The notes below the pieces were generated by a model. It made no database searches. It saw nothing but the letters and a program-made list of their open reading frames with translations, and had not been told where the DNA came from. 64,000 bases of DNA from Roseococcus sp. (lineage in GTDB: Bacteria > Pseudomonadota > Alphaproteobacteria > Acetobacterales > Acetobacteraceae). Each line of letters starts with the position of its first letter. Positions within the stretch are counted from its first letter, which is position 1. The stretch covers positions 20,821 through 84,820 of the forward strand of contig JAOAIK010000022.1 of assembly GCA_026414745.1 (NCBI GenBank), written 5' to 3'. This document shows, piece by piece, positions 27,551 to 37,262 of this stretch. The position numbers were made by a program, and so were the translations under genes.

Positions 27551-28351
27551 GTGACGGCGGCGCGCCAGGAGCGTGTCCCCGCGGAGTTCGTCGCCGCGGC
27601 CGAGGCGGCGGCCGAGCTGGCGGGCGCGGCCATCCGGCCGCTCTTCCGCTCGCGCCTGCTGGTCGAAGCCAAGGGCGACGCCTCGCCGGTGACCGAGGCC
27701 GACCGCGCGGCCGAGCGCGCACTGCGCGCCTTCCTCGCCGAGCGCTTCCCGGCCCATGGCATCATGGGCGAGGAATACGGCACCGAGCGCGGCGAGGCCG
27801 AATGGCTCTGGGTGCTCGATCCCATCGACGGCACGCGCGCCTTCCTCACCGGCCGGCCGCTCTTCGGCACGCTGATCGGGCTGCTGCACCGGGGCGTGCC
27901 GGTGCTGGGGCTGATCGAGCAACCGGTGACGGGCGAGCGCTGGCTCGGCGTGGCGGGGCGGGGCACCCGTTTCACCTCGCCGCTCGGCGGAGAGGCGCGG
28001 GTGCGGCCCTGCGCGCGGCTCGAGGAGGCGGAACTCGCCGTCACCTCGCCCGACATCTTCGACGCGGGGCGGATGGCGCGCTTCGAGCGGGTGCGGCGCG
28101 CGGCGCGGCGCGTCTCCTGGGGGGGCGACTGCTACGCCTATGGGCTGATCGCGCTCGGGCTGGTGGATGCGGTGGTGGAATCCACCCTCAAGCCCTGGGA
28201 CTGGGCGGCGCTGGTGCCGGTGATCGAGGGCGCGGGCGGGCGCATGACGGATTGGGAGGGCAGGCCCCTCACCCTGGCGAGCGCGGGGGATGTGGTGGCG
28301 GTGGGCGATGCCGCGCTGCTGCCCGACATCCTGGAGCGGCTGCGCGCGTGA
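27551..28351 (+). CDS. Inositol monophosphatase family protein (probable histidinol-phosphatase, HisN type)
   Basis: GTG start at 27551. Motifs SPVTEAD, WVLDPIDGT and WDWAA. Confidence 0.82.
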   Translation: MTAARQERVPAEFVAAAEAAAELAGAAIRPLFRSRLLVEAKGDASPVTEADRAAERALRAFLAERFPAHGIMGEEYGTERGEAEWLWVLDPIDGTRAFLTGRPLFGTLIGLLHRGVPVLGLIEQPVTGERWLGVAGRGTRFTSPLGGEARVRPCARLEEAELAVTSPDIFDAGRMARFERVRRAARRVSWGGDCYAYGLIALGLVDAVVESTLKPWDWAALVPVIEGAGGRMTDWEGRPLTLASAGDVVAVGDAALLPDILERLRA

Positions 28352-28363
28352 GAGCCTGAGTCC

Positions 28364-28723
28364 TCAGCGCGTGCGCGCCGGCGCGGTGGTGCCGCCCCCG
28401 CCGCCGGGCAGAGACCCCGCCGCCACCGCCGCCGCGGCGGCGAGAGGCAGCGCCATGAAGGCCGGTGCCCCGAGGCCCATCGGGGCGCCGAGCGGCGTGC
28501 CGGAGAGGGCCATGGCCTGGCCACCGCCCGCCTGCGCCCGCACGGGCCGCGCGGGCAGCGGGCGGGCCACCCCGGCCCGCGCCAGCGGCGGGCGCGGCGC
28601 GGGGCCGGCCCCGCGCGGGGGAACCACCACCTCCGCCCCCGCAGGCACCACGATCACGCCCTGCGCGCCCGCCGGCGCGACGAGCAGCAGGAGAGCGAGA
28701 AAGGCCACCACTATGCAACGCAT
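28364..28723 (-). CDS. Hypothetical secreted Pro/Ala/Gly-rich protein
   Basis: Start taken at MRCIVVAFLALLLLVAPAGAQG (signal peptide). The rest is low-complexity and I recognise no domain. Confidence 0.5.
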   Translation of the reverse strand: MRCIVVAFLALLLLVAPAGAQGVIVVPAGAEVVVPPRGAGPAPRPPLARAGVARPLPARPVRAQAGGGQAMALSGTPLGAPMGLGAPAFMALPLAAAAAVAAGSLPGGGGGTTAPARTR

Positions 28724-28770
28724 GGTGGTGATGTGCCCGATCCGCCCGCTCGGGATCAAGGGGGGAATCG

Positions 28771-29907
28771 TCACGCCTTCAGCAGGGACCGGGCGGTGAT
28801 CATCCGCATGATCTCGTTCGTTCCCTCCAGGATGCGGTGCACCCGGAGGTCGCGCACCAGCTTCTCGATCCCGTAATCGTGCAGATAGCCGTAGCCGCCC
28901 AGAAGCTGCAGCGCCTCGTCGGCCACGCGGTGGCCGGTGTCGGTCACGAAGCGCTTGGCCATGGCGCAGGCGGCGGTGGCGTCAGGCGCGCCGGCATCGA
29001 GCTTCGCGCAGGCGCGCCAGAGCAGGGCGCGCGCCGCCTCCAGCTCCGTCGCCATGTCGGCCAGCCGGAACTGGATGGCCTGGAAATCGGCGATGGCGCG
29101 GCCGAAGGCCCGGCGTTCCTTCACATGCGCGAGCGCGATGTCCAGCGCCGCCTGCGCGCCTCCGAGCGAGCAGGCCGCGATGTTCAGCCGCCCCCCGTCC
29201 AGCCCGGCCATGGCGTAGCGGAAGCCCATGCCCTCCTCGCCCAGCAGCGCCTCGGCCGGCACCCGCGCGTCCTCCAGGATCACCTGCCGGGTGGGCTGGG
29301 CGTTCCAGCCCATCTTCTTCTCGTTCGCGCCGAAGGAGAGGCCGGGAGTCTCCTTCGGGATCAGCAGCGCCGAGATGCCATCCGCCCCCGGCCCGCCGGT
29401 GCGCACCATGGTGAGGTAGAGGTCCGCCGCCCCCGCCCCGCTGATGAACTGCTTGGTGCCGTTCAGCACCCAGCCCGCATTGTCCCGCACCGCGCGGGTG
29501 GCGAGGGCGGCCGCATCGCTGCCGGAGCCGGGCTCGGTCAGGCAGTAGGCCGCGACCGCCTCCATGCCGAGCAGCCGCGGCAGCCAGCGGTCGCGCTGCG
29601 CCGGGCTGCCCCAGCGGTCGAGCATCCAGGCGACCATGTTGTGGATGGAGAGGAAGGCGCTGACGGTGGGGCAGGCGGTGGCCAGCGCCTCGAAGACCAC
29701 CGCGGCGTCCAGCCGCGTCAGCCCCGCCCCGCCGCTCTCCTCGCGCACATAGAGCCCGGCCATGCCCAGTGCCGCGGCCTCGCGCAGCACGTCGAGCGGG
29801 AAGTGGCGCTGCTCGTCCCAGGCGAGCGCGTGGGGGGCGATGCGCGCGCGCGCGAAGTCGAGGGCGGTCTCGCGCAGGGCGCGGGTGGTCTCGGGCAGCT
29901 CGAACAT
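28771..29907 (-). CDS. Acyl-CoA dehydrogenase (short/branched-chain type)
   Basis: 378 aa. ACAD N-terminal, middle and C-terminal domain pattern, with catalytic-base context YEGTNEI (ILEGTNEIM). Confidence 0.92.
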   Translation of the reverse strand: MFELPETTRALRETALDFARARIAPHALAWDEQRHFPLDVLREAAALGMAGLYVREESGGAGLTRLDAAVVFEALATACPTVSAFLSIHNMVAWMLDRWGSPAQRDRWLPRLLGMEAVAAYCLTEPGSGSDAAALATRAVRDNAGWVLNGTKQFISGAGAADLYLTMVRTGGPGADGISALLIPKETPGLSFGANEKKMGWNAQPTRQVILEDARVPAEALLGEEGMGFRYAMAGLDGGRLNIAACSLGGAQAALDIALAHVKERRAFGRAIADFQAIQFRLADMATELEAARALLWRACAKLDAGAPDATAACAMAKRFVTDTGHRVADEALQLLGGYGYLHDYGIEKLVRDLRVHRILEGTNEIMRMITARSLLKA

Positions 29908-29917
29908 GGCGCGATGC

Positions 29918-32900
29918 TCAGCCCTGGCCGGCGGCCTTGTCCAGCGCCGCCCAGCGGGCGCGCACCCGGGCGAGGTTGGCCGCCTTCACGGGGCCGAAGC
30001 CCTTGATGCCGGCCGCCGCCTCGGCCCACTCGGCGGCGCGCTCGGGGTCGTGGAGGTGGCGGCGCACCCCCGCCATGAAGGCGGCGGGCAGGGCGCGCTC
30101 GGTGCGCCGCTCCTCGGTCCAGCCGAAGGGGTCGAGCCAGGTGCCGCGCAGGATCTTCCCGTGGCGCAGCAGCCCCATGGCGCGCCACATCCAGGGGCCG
30201 AAGGCGCGCTTCGCGGGCCGGCCATCGGGGCCGGGGCGCGCCAGCAGCGGCGGGGCGAGGTGCATCTCGACGCGCCCCGCGCCGGTGAAGCGCCGCGCGA
30301 GCTCGGCCCGCCAGGCGGGATCGGCGTGCAGCCGCGCCACCTCGTATTCGTCCTTGCAGGCCATGAGACGGTGGAGCTGGATGGCCACGGCCCGGTGCAG
30401 CCGCTCCGCCCCCGGCGCGGCGGCGCGCAGCTCGGCCAGGAAGGCGGCGTAGCGCCGCGCGTAGCGGGCGGACTGGTAGGCGGTGAGGTCGGCGACGCGC
30501 CGGGCGATGATCGCCTCTAGCGTCTCCGGCGCGGGCGGGGCCTCCGGCTCCGCGCGGCGGCCGGCCTCGAAGGCGGCCAGGTTGCGCTCCACCGCCGCGC
30601 CGTTCAGCCGGATGGCCTCGCGGATCGCCGCGCGGCCGATCGGGATCATGCCGCGCTGCCAGGCGGCGCCGAGCAGCCAGATGTTGAGGAAGATGAGGTC
30701 GCCCAGATCGCGCTCCACGGCGCGGGCGCCGGGCAGCGCCACCACCTCGCGCGCCGCGGCGCGCAGGCTCTCGAGCATCGCCGCCGGGTCCTCGCGCGTC
30801 TCGGGGTTCAGCACGAAGGCGCCGGTGGGCGAGGGATCCGCGCTCACCACCACGCGCGAGCGGGCGGGGCCGAGCATGGGCCGCGCCGTGCGGCCCTGCG
30901 CGCCGATCAGGTCGGCCGCGATCACCGCATCCGCCTGGCCCGGGCCGATGCGCGGGCTCAGCACCTCGCCGCCCGGCCGGCCGATGCGCATCTGCACATA
31001 GACGCCACCCCCCTTCTGCGCGAGGCCGAGCATGTCGAGGCTGCGCACCGGCCGCCCCTCGATGTGCGCGGCCATGGCGAGGATGGCCCCGAGCGCCGTG
31101 ACGCCCTGGCCGCCGACGCCGCAGAGCAGCAGGTTCCAGGCCTCGCCGGGCGCGGGCGCGGGCAGGTCCGGCTCCGGCGGTTCGGAGTCGAAGACCGGCA
31201 GCGGCGGCAGGGCGGGCTCCGCCCCTTCCAGCGTGAGGAAGGAGGGGCAGAAGCCCTGCAGGCAGGAGAGATCCTGGTTGCAGGCGGACTGGTCGATGCG
31301 CCGCTTGCGGCCCCATTCCGTCTCGATGGGCTCGACGGCGATGCAGTTGGAGGCGCGCGAGCAGTCGCCGCAATCCTCGCAGACGCGCGGGTTGATCACG
31401 GCGCGGCGCAGCGGCTTCGGCGCGAGATCGCGCTTGCGCTGGCGCCGGCGTTCGGTGGCGCAGTGCTGGTCGTAGATGAGCACGGTGACGCCCGGCGTGG
31501 CGCGCAGCGCCCGCTGCACGGCATCGAGCTCCGCGCGCGGGTGGAAGGTGACGCCGGCGGGAATGAGCGGATCGCCGCGATGCCGGTCGGGGTCGTCGGC
31601 CAGGATGGCGATGCGCGAGGCACCCTCGGCCGCCACCTGGGCGGCGATGCGCGGCACCGTCACCTCGCCCTCCGCGGGCTGGCCGCCGGTCATGGCCACC
31701 GCGCCGTTGACCAGGATCTTGTAGGTCATCGTCACCTTCGCCGCGATGGCGGCGCGGATCGCGAGGATGCCCGAATGGGCGTAGGTGCCATCGCCCATGT
31801 TGGCGAAGATGTGCCGGGTTTCGGTGAAACGGTGCTGGCCGATCCAGGGCGCGCCCTCGCCGCCCATGTGCGTGAAGAGGTCGCTCTCGCGGCCCATGTC
31901 CTTGGCGAGGTAGTGGCAGCCGATGCCGGCCATGGCCCGGCTGCCCTCGGGCAGGCGCGTCGAGGTGTTGTGCGGGCAGCCCGGGCAGAAGAAGGGGGTG
32001 CGCAGGCTCAGCGGCTCGCGCGCCGCGGCGGCCAGCGCGTCGAGTTCCGCCACGCGCGCGGCGAGGCGCTCGGTGCGCAGCCCCTCGGGCAGGGTGGCGG
32101 CCAGCGCGCGCAGGATCTGCGCCGCATCCAGCTCCGCGAGGTCGGAGAGCACCTCCTTGCCGCGGATCGAGGGCCGGTCGGGCAGGTCGTAGAGCGCCTC
32201 GCGGAGCTGGGATTCGAGGAAGGCGCGGCGGTCCTCCACCACCAGCAGCGTCTCCAGCCCGCGCGCGAAGTCCCGCGCCGCCTCGCGGTCCAGCGGCCAG
32301 ACGAGGCCGGGCTTCCAGATGACGAGGCCCATCATCCGCGCCAGTTCGGGCGTGATGCCCGCGTCATGCAGCGCCTGGCGCAGGGTGGACCAGGCCTTGC
32401 CGCGCACCGCGATGCCGAAGCGCGGCTGCGGCGCGCGCCAGGGCCGCTTGTCGAGGCCGTTGGCGCGGGCGAAGGCCAGGGCGGCGGGCAGCTTGAAGCG
32501 GCGCAGCCGCTCCTCCATCGCGAGCGCCGTGTCCTTGAGGCGGATGTGCAGCCCATCGGGCGGCAGCGCCACGCCCGCGGGCGCCACCGTCGCGTAGGCG
32601 GCCGGATCGACGGTGAGCGACATGGTCGCGTCCATCGTCTCGGCGACGCATTTCATGCCGACCCAGAGCCCCGAAAAGCGCGAGAGCGCGATGGCCTTCA
32701 CGCCGAACTCCAGCACCTCCGCCACATCGGCGGGGTCGAGCAGCGGGATTTCGAGGTCGGCGAAGCTGTGCTCGCAGCCGCTGGTGACGGTGGAGGATTT
32801 CGCCGCCGGATCGTCCCCCGAGAGCGCCAGCACCCCGCCGAGCGGCGCCGTGCCCGCGCCGTTCGCATGGCGCAGCACGTCGCCGGAGCGGTCGAGCCCC

Positions 32901-33259
32901 GGCCCCTTGCCGTACCAGATGGCGAACACGCCCTGGCGGGTGGCCCCCGGCGCGAGGTGGATCTGCTGCGTGCCCCAGCAGGCGGCGGCGGCGAGATCCT
33001 CGTTCAGCCCCGGCTCGAAATGGATGTCGGCGGCGGCGAGGCGCGCGCGCTGCCGCCACAGCTCCCGGTCATAGCCGCCGAGGGGGGAGCCGCGATAGCC
33101 GCTGATGAAGCCCGCGGTGCCGAGCCCGCGCTGCGCGTCCAGCGCCCGCACCAGCAGCGGCAGCCGCACCAGCGCCTGGGTGCCGGTGAGCAGGGTCTCG
33201 CGCCCCGCCGCCTCCCAGCGCTCCTCGAGGGTCAGCCCCGCGCGGACGATGCTGTTCAT
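29918..33259 (-). CDS. Indolepyruvate ferredoxin oxidoreductase family protein (fused IorA/IorB-like 2-oxoacid:ferredoxin oxidoreductase)
   Basis: 1113 aa. ThDP motif GDGTYAHSG and cysteine clusters CPGCPH and C..C..C. A GGGAGG ribosome-binding site lies upstream. Confidence 0.9.
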   Translation of the reverse strand: MNSIVRAGLTLEERWEAAGRETLLTGTQALVRLPLLVRALDAQRGLGTAGFISGYRGSPLGGYDRELWRQRARLAAADIHFEPGLNEDLAAAACWGTQQIHLAPGATRQGVFAIWYGKGPGLDRSGDVLRHANGAGTAPLGGVLALSGDDPAAKSSTVTSGCEHSFADLEIPLLDPADVAEVLEFGVKAIALSRFSGLWVGMKCVAETMDATMSLTVDPAAYATVAPAGVALPPDGLHIRLKDTALAMEERLRRFKLPAALAFARANGLDKRPWRAPQPRFGIAVRGKAWSTLRQALHDAGITPELARMMGLVIWKPGLVWPLDREAARDFARGLETLLVVEDRRAFLESQLREALYDLPDRPSIRGKEVLSDLAELDAAQILRALAATLPEGLRTERLAARVAELDALAAAAREPLSLRTPFFCPGCPHNTSTRLPEGSRAMAGIGCHYLAKDMGRESDLFTHMGGEGAPWIGQHRFTETRHIFANMGDGTYAHSGILAIRAAIAAKVTMTYKILVNGAVAMTGGQPAEGEVTVPRIAAQVAAEGASRIAILADDPDRHRGDPLIPAGVTFHPRAELDAVQRALRATPGVTVLIYDQHCATERRRQRKRDLAPKPLRRAVINPRVCEDCGDCSRASNCIAVEPIETEWGRKRRIDQSACNQDLSCLQGFCPSFLTLEGAEPALPPLPVFDSEPPEPDLPAPAPGEAWNLLLCGVGGQGVTALGAILAMAAHIEGRPVRSLDMLGLAQKGGGVYVQMRIGRPGGEVLSPRIGPGQADAVIAADLIGAQGRTARPMLGPARSRVVVSADPSPTGAFVLNPETREDPAAMLESLRAAAREVVALPGARAVERDLGDLIFLNIWLLGAAWQRGMIPIGRAAIREAIRLNGAAVERNLAAFEAGRRAEPEAPPAPETLEAIIARRVADLTAYQSARYARRYAAFLAELRAAAPGAERLHRAVAIQLHRLMACKDEYEVARLHADPAWRAELARRFTGAGRVEMHLAPPLLARPGPDGRPAKRAFGPWMWRAMGLLRHGKILRGTWLDPFGWTEERRTERALPAAFMAGVRRHLHDPERAAEWAEAAAGIKGFGPVKAANLARVRARWAALDKAAGQG

Positions 33260-33366
33260 CGGAACGCCTCCCGTGGCTGTTCTCCCTGGAAGGATGCCCC
33301 AAGGGATGCGAGAGTTCCTTCCACATTCTGTTGTGCAGCGCCGAAGGCGCAGAAGGATCTTCCGCG

Positions 33367-33822
33367 ATGGACGCGATGGACCGGCGCATCCTGCGCGCCC
33401 TGCACGCCGAGGCCCGGCTGACCAACGCCGAACTCGCCGAGCGTGTGGGCCTTTCGCCCTCGCCCTGCTGGGCGCGGGTACGCAAGCTCGAACAGGCGGG
33501 GGTGATCCGCGGCTATCACGCGGCGCTCGACCAGGCGAAGCTCGGCCTGCCCGACACGGTGATCATCGAGGTGATGACCGAAAAGCACGACGAGGCGCAG
33601 CTCGCCGAGTTCGAATCCGCCATCGCCGCCATGCCCGAGGTGATCGAGGCCTGGCTCGTCACCGGGGAATACGACTACGTGATCAAGGCGGCGGTGGGCG
33701 GCACGGCGGGCTACGAGCGGCTGCTGCGCGAGCGCATCTACCGCCTGCCGGGCGTGCGCCACACGCGCACCGCCTTCGGCATCCGCTGCCTCAAGCAGAG
33801 CTACACGCCGCGCCCCGCCTGA
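33367..33822 (+). CDS. Lrp/AsnC family transcriptional regulator
   Basis: MDAMDRRILRALHAEARLTNAELAERVGLSPSPCWARVRKLE helix-turn-helix followed by a RAM domain. Divergent from the ior-like gene. Confidence 0.92.
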   Translation: MDAMDRRILRALHAEARLTNAELAERVGLSPSPCWARVRKLEQAGVIRGYHAALDQAKLGLPDTVIIEVMTEKHDEAQLAEFESAIAAMPEVIEAWLVTGEYDYVIKAAVGGTAGYERLLRERIYRLPGVRHTRTAFGIRCLKQSYTPRPA

Positions 33823-34584
33823 TCACAGCGTCAGCCCGCCATCCACCACGATGGTCTGGCCCGTCACCATCGCCGCGCCGGCCAGCAGGAACACCATCAC
33901 CTCGGCCAGGTCCTCCGGCTCGCAGCGGCGCTTGAGCACCGCCTTCTCGATGGACTGGCGGCGCTGCTCCTCGGTCCATTCCACCATCCAGGGGGAGTTG
34001 ACCGCGCCAGGGGCGACGGCGTTCACGCGCACCTCCGGCCCCAGCCCGCGCGCGAGGTTCTTGGTGAGCGAGATCACCCCCGCCTTGGTCGCGCCATAGG
34101 CCATGGAGGAGCCGGGCGAGTCGATCCCCGCGATGGAGGCGACCGAGACGATCGCCCCGCGCGTCGCCTTCAGATGCGGCGCGGCGGCCTTGCTGCAGCG
34201 GAACACGCCGAGCAGGTTCACCTCGATCACCGTGCGCCAGAGCTCCTCGGTGATGCGCTCGAGCTCGGTGGGCGGGATGGCGCTGCGGGTGCCGGGCGTG
34301 CCGGCGTTGTTCACCAGATAGTCGAGCCGCCCGAGGTCGCGCGCCGCCTGCTCCACCATGCGCGCGGCATCGGCCGGATCGGCCACGTCGCCGGGGGCGG
34401 AGAGCGCCGCGCAGCCCTCGGCGGTGAGCGCCGCCACCGCCTCCGGCCCGCGCGGATCATCGGGCAGGTGGTTGATCGCCACCCGGCAGCCGGAGCGCGC
34501 GAGCAGCCGCGCCGTGGCGAGGCCGATGCCGGAGGCGCCGCCGGTGACGAGGGCGGCCTTGCCCGCGAGGTCGAAGCGGATCAC
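33823..34584 (-). CDS. SDR family oxidoreductase
   Basis: GTG start with a GTGA overlap. TGGASGIG, NNAG and YxxxK (YGATK) motifs. Confidence 0.9.
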   Translation of the reverse strand: MIRFDLAGKAALVTGGASGIGLATARLLARSGCRVAINHLPDDPRGPEAVAALTAEGCAALSAPGDVADPADAARMVEQAARDLGRLDYLVNNAGTPGTRSAIPPTELERITEELWRTVIEVNLLGVFRCSKAAAPHLKATRGAIVSVASIAGIDSPGSSMAYGATKAGVISLTKNLARGLGPEVRVNAVAPGAVNSPWMVEWTEEQRRQSIEKAVLKRRCEPEDLAEVMVFLLAGAAMVTGQTIVVDGGLTL

Positions 34585-35561
34585 AGCGGGTTCTCCTTGA
34601 CGGCGCGCCCGGCCATGGCGCCGATCTGCCGCAGCGCCTTCTTGAGCGCGATGAGCTTGGCGTCGCGCTCCTCGAAGAGCTGTTCGGGCGGCCGCCCGCC
34701 CCAGTCGTAGTAGCCGCGACCGCTCATCACGCCCGTATCGCCGCGCGCCACCAGCGCATCGAGGCTCGCGCTCGCGCCGGTGTCGGGCGGCGGCCTGTAC
34801 ATGCGGTTGCGGAAGGCGTGCTGCAGCATGGGCAGGCCGGTGAAATCCGCCTTCGCCATGATGCCGAGAATGGCGAAGCGCAGCGCGATGCCGTGCAGGG
34901 CGCTGTCGTCCACGTCCTGCGCGGTCGCGTAGCCCTCGTCGATGAGGAACTGCACCTCGGCCTGGAAGGCGGCCTGGATGCGATTGGCGATGTAGCCGGG
35001 GATGAACTTCCTCAGCACGATGGGCACCTTGCCCATCGCCTCCACCGCCTCCTTCACCGTGCGCAGCGCCTCGGGCTCGCACTCGGGGCTGGCCACGAGG
35101 TCCACGAGGTCCACGAGATAGGGCGGCGTGTACCAGTGGGCGATCAGGGCGCGGCGCAGCCGGTGCCTCGGCATGAGCGGGAACACGTCGAGGTAGCTCG
35201 TGTTGCTCGCCCAGATCGCCTCGGGCGGCGCGACGGCGTCAAGCTGTTCGTAGAGCGCGCGCTTCGCCTCGGGGTTCTCGACGATGGCCTCGACGATCAG
35301 CTCCGCGCCCTCCACCGTCTCGGCGAGGTCGGCGTGGCGGGTGCAGGCCTGGGCGAGCTGCGCGCTGCCCCAGCCGCGCGGGGCCTCATGCGCCGCCTCC
35401 AGCGTGGCCAGCGCCTTCTCCATCAGCCCCTGGGCGCGGGCGAGCGTCTCGGGGTTGCTGTCGGTCAGGCGCACGCGGTGCCCGCCCATGGCGAAGACCA
35501 GCGCCAGCGCATGGCCCATGGTGCCCGCACCCAGCACCGCGACGCGCAACTGTCGGCTCAT
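34581..35561 (-). CDS. 3-hydroxyacyl-CoA dehydrogenase family protein (NAD-binding, L-carnitine/3-hydroxybutyryl-CoA dehydrogenase-like)
   Basis: Start at MSRQLRVAVLGAGTMG, preceded by GGGAGGA. Rossmann fold plus the 3HCDH C-terminal domain (NRIQAAF). Confidence 0.85.
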   Translation of the reverse strand: MSRQLRVAVLGAGTMGHALALVFAMGGHRVRLTDSNPETLARAQGLMEKALATLEAAHEAPRGWGSAQLAQACTRHADLAETVEGAELIVEAIVENPEAKRALYEQLDAVAPPEAIWASNTSYLDVFPLMPRHRLRRALIAHWYTPPYLVDLVDLVASPECEPEALRTVKEAVEAMGKVPIVLRKFIPGYIANRIQAAFQAEVQFLIDEGYATAQDVDDSALHGIALRFAILGIMAKADFTGLPMLQHAFRNRMYRPPPDTGASASLDALVARGDTGVMSGRGYYDWGGRPPEQLFEERDAKLIALKKALRQIGAMAGRAVKENPL

Positions 35562-35630
35562 GCCCGTCCTCCCTCTGCTGCGCGGAGGGTGGGGCGCGGG
35601 GCGGGGGGCGTCAATCAGCCGGGGCGCCAC

Positions 35631-37262
35631 TCACACGTAGCCGAGCCGCGCGTCGCGCGCCCGCGCCGCCGGGTCGCGCTGGTCGGGCGGCCCGTGCCCG
35701 CCGCCGCCGCTCGTCTCCAGCCGCACGATGTCGCCCGCGCGCAGCGGCAGGTTGTCGGTCTTGGGCGGGATGGGCGTCTCCTCGCCGTTGCGTCGCAGCA
35801 GCAGGCGTCCGGTCGCCCCGGGACAGCCCCCCGCGAGCCCGTAGGGCGGATGGACGAAGCGGTCCATGTTCGCGGTGAAGAAGCAGAGGGGGCTGTCCAC
35901 CCGCCACTCGCGCACAAGGCCGAGCCCGCCGCGATGCCGCCCCGCCCCGCCGCTGCCCTCGCGCAGCGCATAGCGCATGACGGTCAGCGGCATCTGCGCC
36001 TCGATCATCTCGATCGGGATGTTGCTGTTGTTGTGCATCCCGGCCGCATAGGCGTTCACCCCGTCCTTCGCCGGATGCGCGCCGGAGCCGCCGATCTCGA
36101 TCTCCACCAGCACCTCGCGTGCGCCGGAGTCCGCCACGGTCTGGAAGGTGGTGACGTAGCTGTTGCCGTAATAGGCGGCGGGGATGAGGTGTGGCACCGC
36201 CTGGTGCAGCGCGCCCATCATCGCGTTCAGCAGCCGGTGCCCGACGGCGATGCGGTGCGCCACCGGCGCGGGGTGGCGCGCGTTCACCACCAGCCCCTCG
36301 GGCGCGATCACCGTGATGGGGCGGTAGCAGCCCGCGCTCATGTGCAGCGAAGGGTCGGCGCAGCACATCAGTGCGAACATCACCGCCGCGTTGGCGCTGG
36401 CCAGGGTGGCGTTGATGGGCCCTGCCGCCTGCGGCGAGCAGCCGGAGAGGTCCACGGTGGCCGTGTCGCCCGCGATGGTGAGGCGCACCGCCAGGCGCAC
36501 CGGCTGGCCGAGCGCGATGCCGTCGTCGTCCAGCACGTCCTCGAAGCTGTAGGTGCCGTCGGGCATGGCGGCGATGGCCGCGCGCATGCCCGCCTCGCTC
36601 ATGTCGAGGATGCGGCGCCCCGCCTCGAGCATCGCCGCCGCGCCGAAGCGCCGCGCCAGGCGCAGCAGCGCCGCGCGCCCCACCTCCAGGCTCGCGATCT
36701 GCGAGGAGAGGTCGCCCAGCAGCAGCTCGGGCTTGCGCACGTTCTGCCGGATGATCGCCCAGACCGCCTCGTTGCGCACGCCGCGCGCCAGCAGCTTCAC
36801 CGGCGGGATGCGCAGCCCCTCCTGGTAGATCTCCGTCGCCTTCGCCGCGTAGCTGCCGGCGGCGAGACCGCCCACGTCGATGTGGTGGCACAGCGCGCCG
36901 ACGAAGGCGATCCGCACCCCCTCGTGGAACACGGCGCGGAAGGCCAGGATGTCGGGCAGGTGCTGGCCGCCGCAATAGGGGTCGTTGAAGATCACCACGT
37001 CCCCCTCCTCCCACTGCTCGGGCGGGATGTGGTCGGAGAGCAGGGTGCGCAGCGCGTGCGTCATCGAGTTGAGGTGCGAGGGGATGCGCGCGGACTGCGC
37101 GAGGTTGCTGCCCTGCGCGTCGAACACCGCCGTGGAGTAGTCCAGCAGCTCGCGCACGATGGTGCTGCGGCTGGTGCGCCAGATGGTCACGTCCATCTCG
37201 GCGGCGGCGGCGGTGAGCGCGTTGCGGATCACCTCGATCTCGATGGGGCCGAGGGTGGTCAT
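35631..37262 (-). CDS. hyuB: Hydantoinase B/oxoprolinase family protein
   Basis: Start at MTTLGPIEIEVIRNAL. 543 aa, colinear with HyuB/OplaH C-terminal-type proteins. ATGA overlap with hyuA. Confidence 0.9.
   Translation of the reverse strand: MTTLGPIEIEVIRNALTAAAAEMDVTIWRTSRSTIVRELLDYSTAVFDAQGSNLAQSARIPSHLNSMTHALRTLLSDHIPPEQWEEGDVVIFNDPYCGGQHLPDILAFRAVFHEGVRIAFVGALCHHIDVGGLAAGSYAAKATEIYQEGLRIPPVKLLARGVRNEAVWAIIRQNVRKPELLLGDLSSQIASLEVGRAALLRLARRFGAAAMLEAGRRILDMSEAGMRAAIAAMPDGTYSFEDVLDDDGIALGQPVRLAVRLTIAGDTATVDLSGCSPQAAGPINATLASANAAVMFALMCCADPSLHMSAGCYRPITVIAPEGLVVNARHPAPVAHRIAVGHRLLNAMMGALHQAVPHLIPAAYYGNSYVTTFQTVADSGAREVLVEIEIGGSGAHPAKDGVNAYAAGMHNNSNIPIEMIEAQMPLTVMRYALREGSGGAGRHRGGLGLVREWRVDSPLCFFTANMDRFVHPPYGLAGGCPGATGRLLLRRNGEETPIPPKTDNLPLRAGDIVRLETSGGGGHGPPDQRDPAARARDARLGYV

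Noticed and set aside
33260-33366. Candidate Lrp sites in the ior-lrp divergent region: GGAAGGA-N21-TCCTTCC and GGATGC-N6-GGATGC.
   Set aside because: The repeats are short and have no match to a defined Lrp consensus that I can verify. They are noted but are too weak to annotate.
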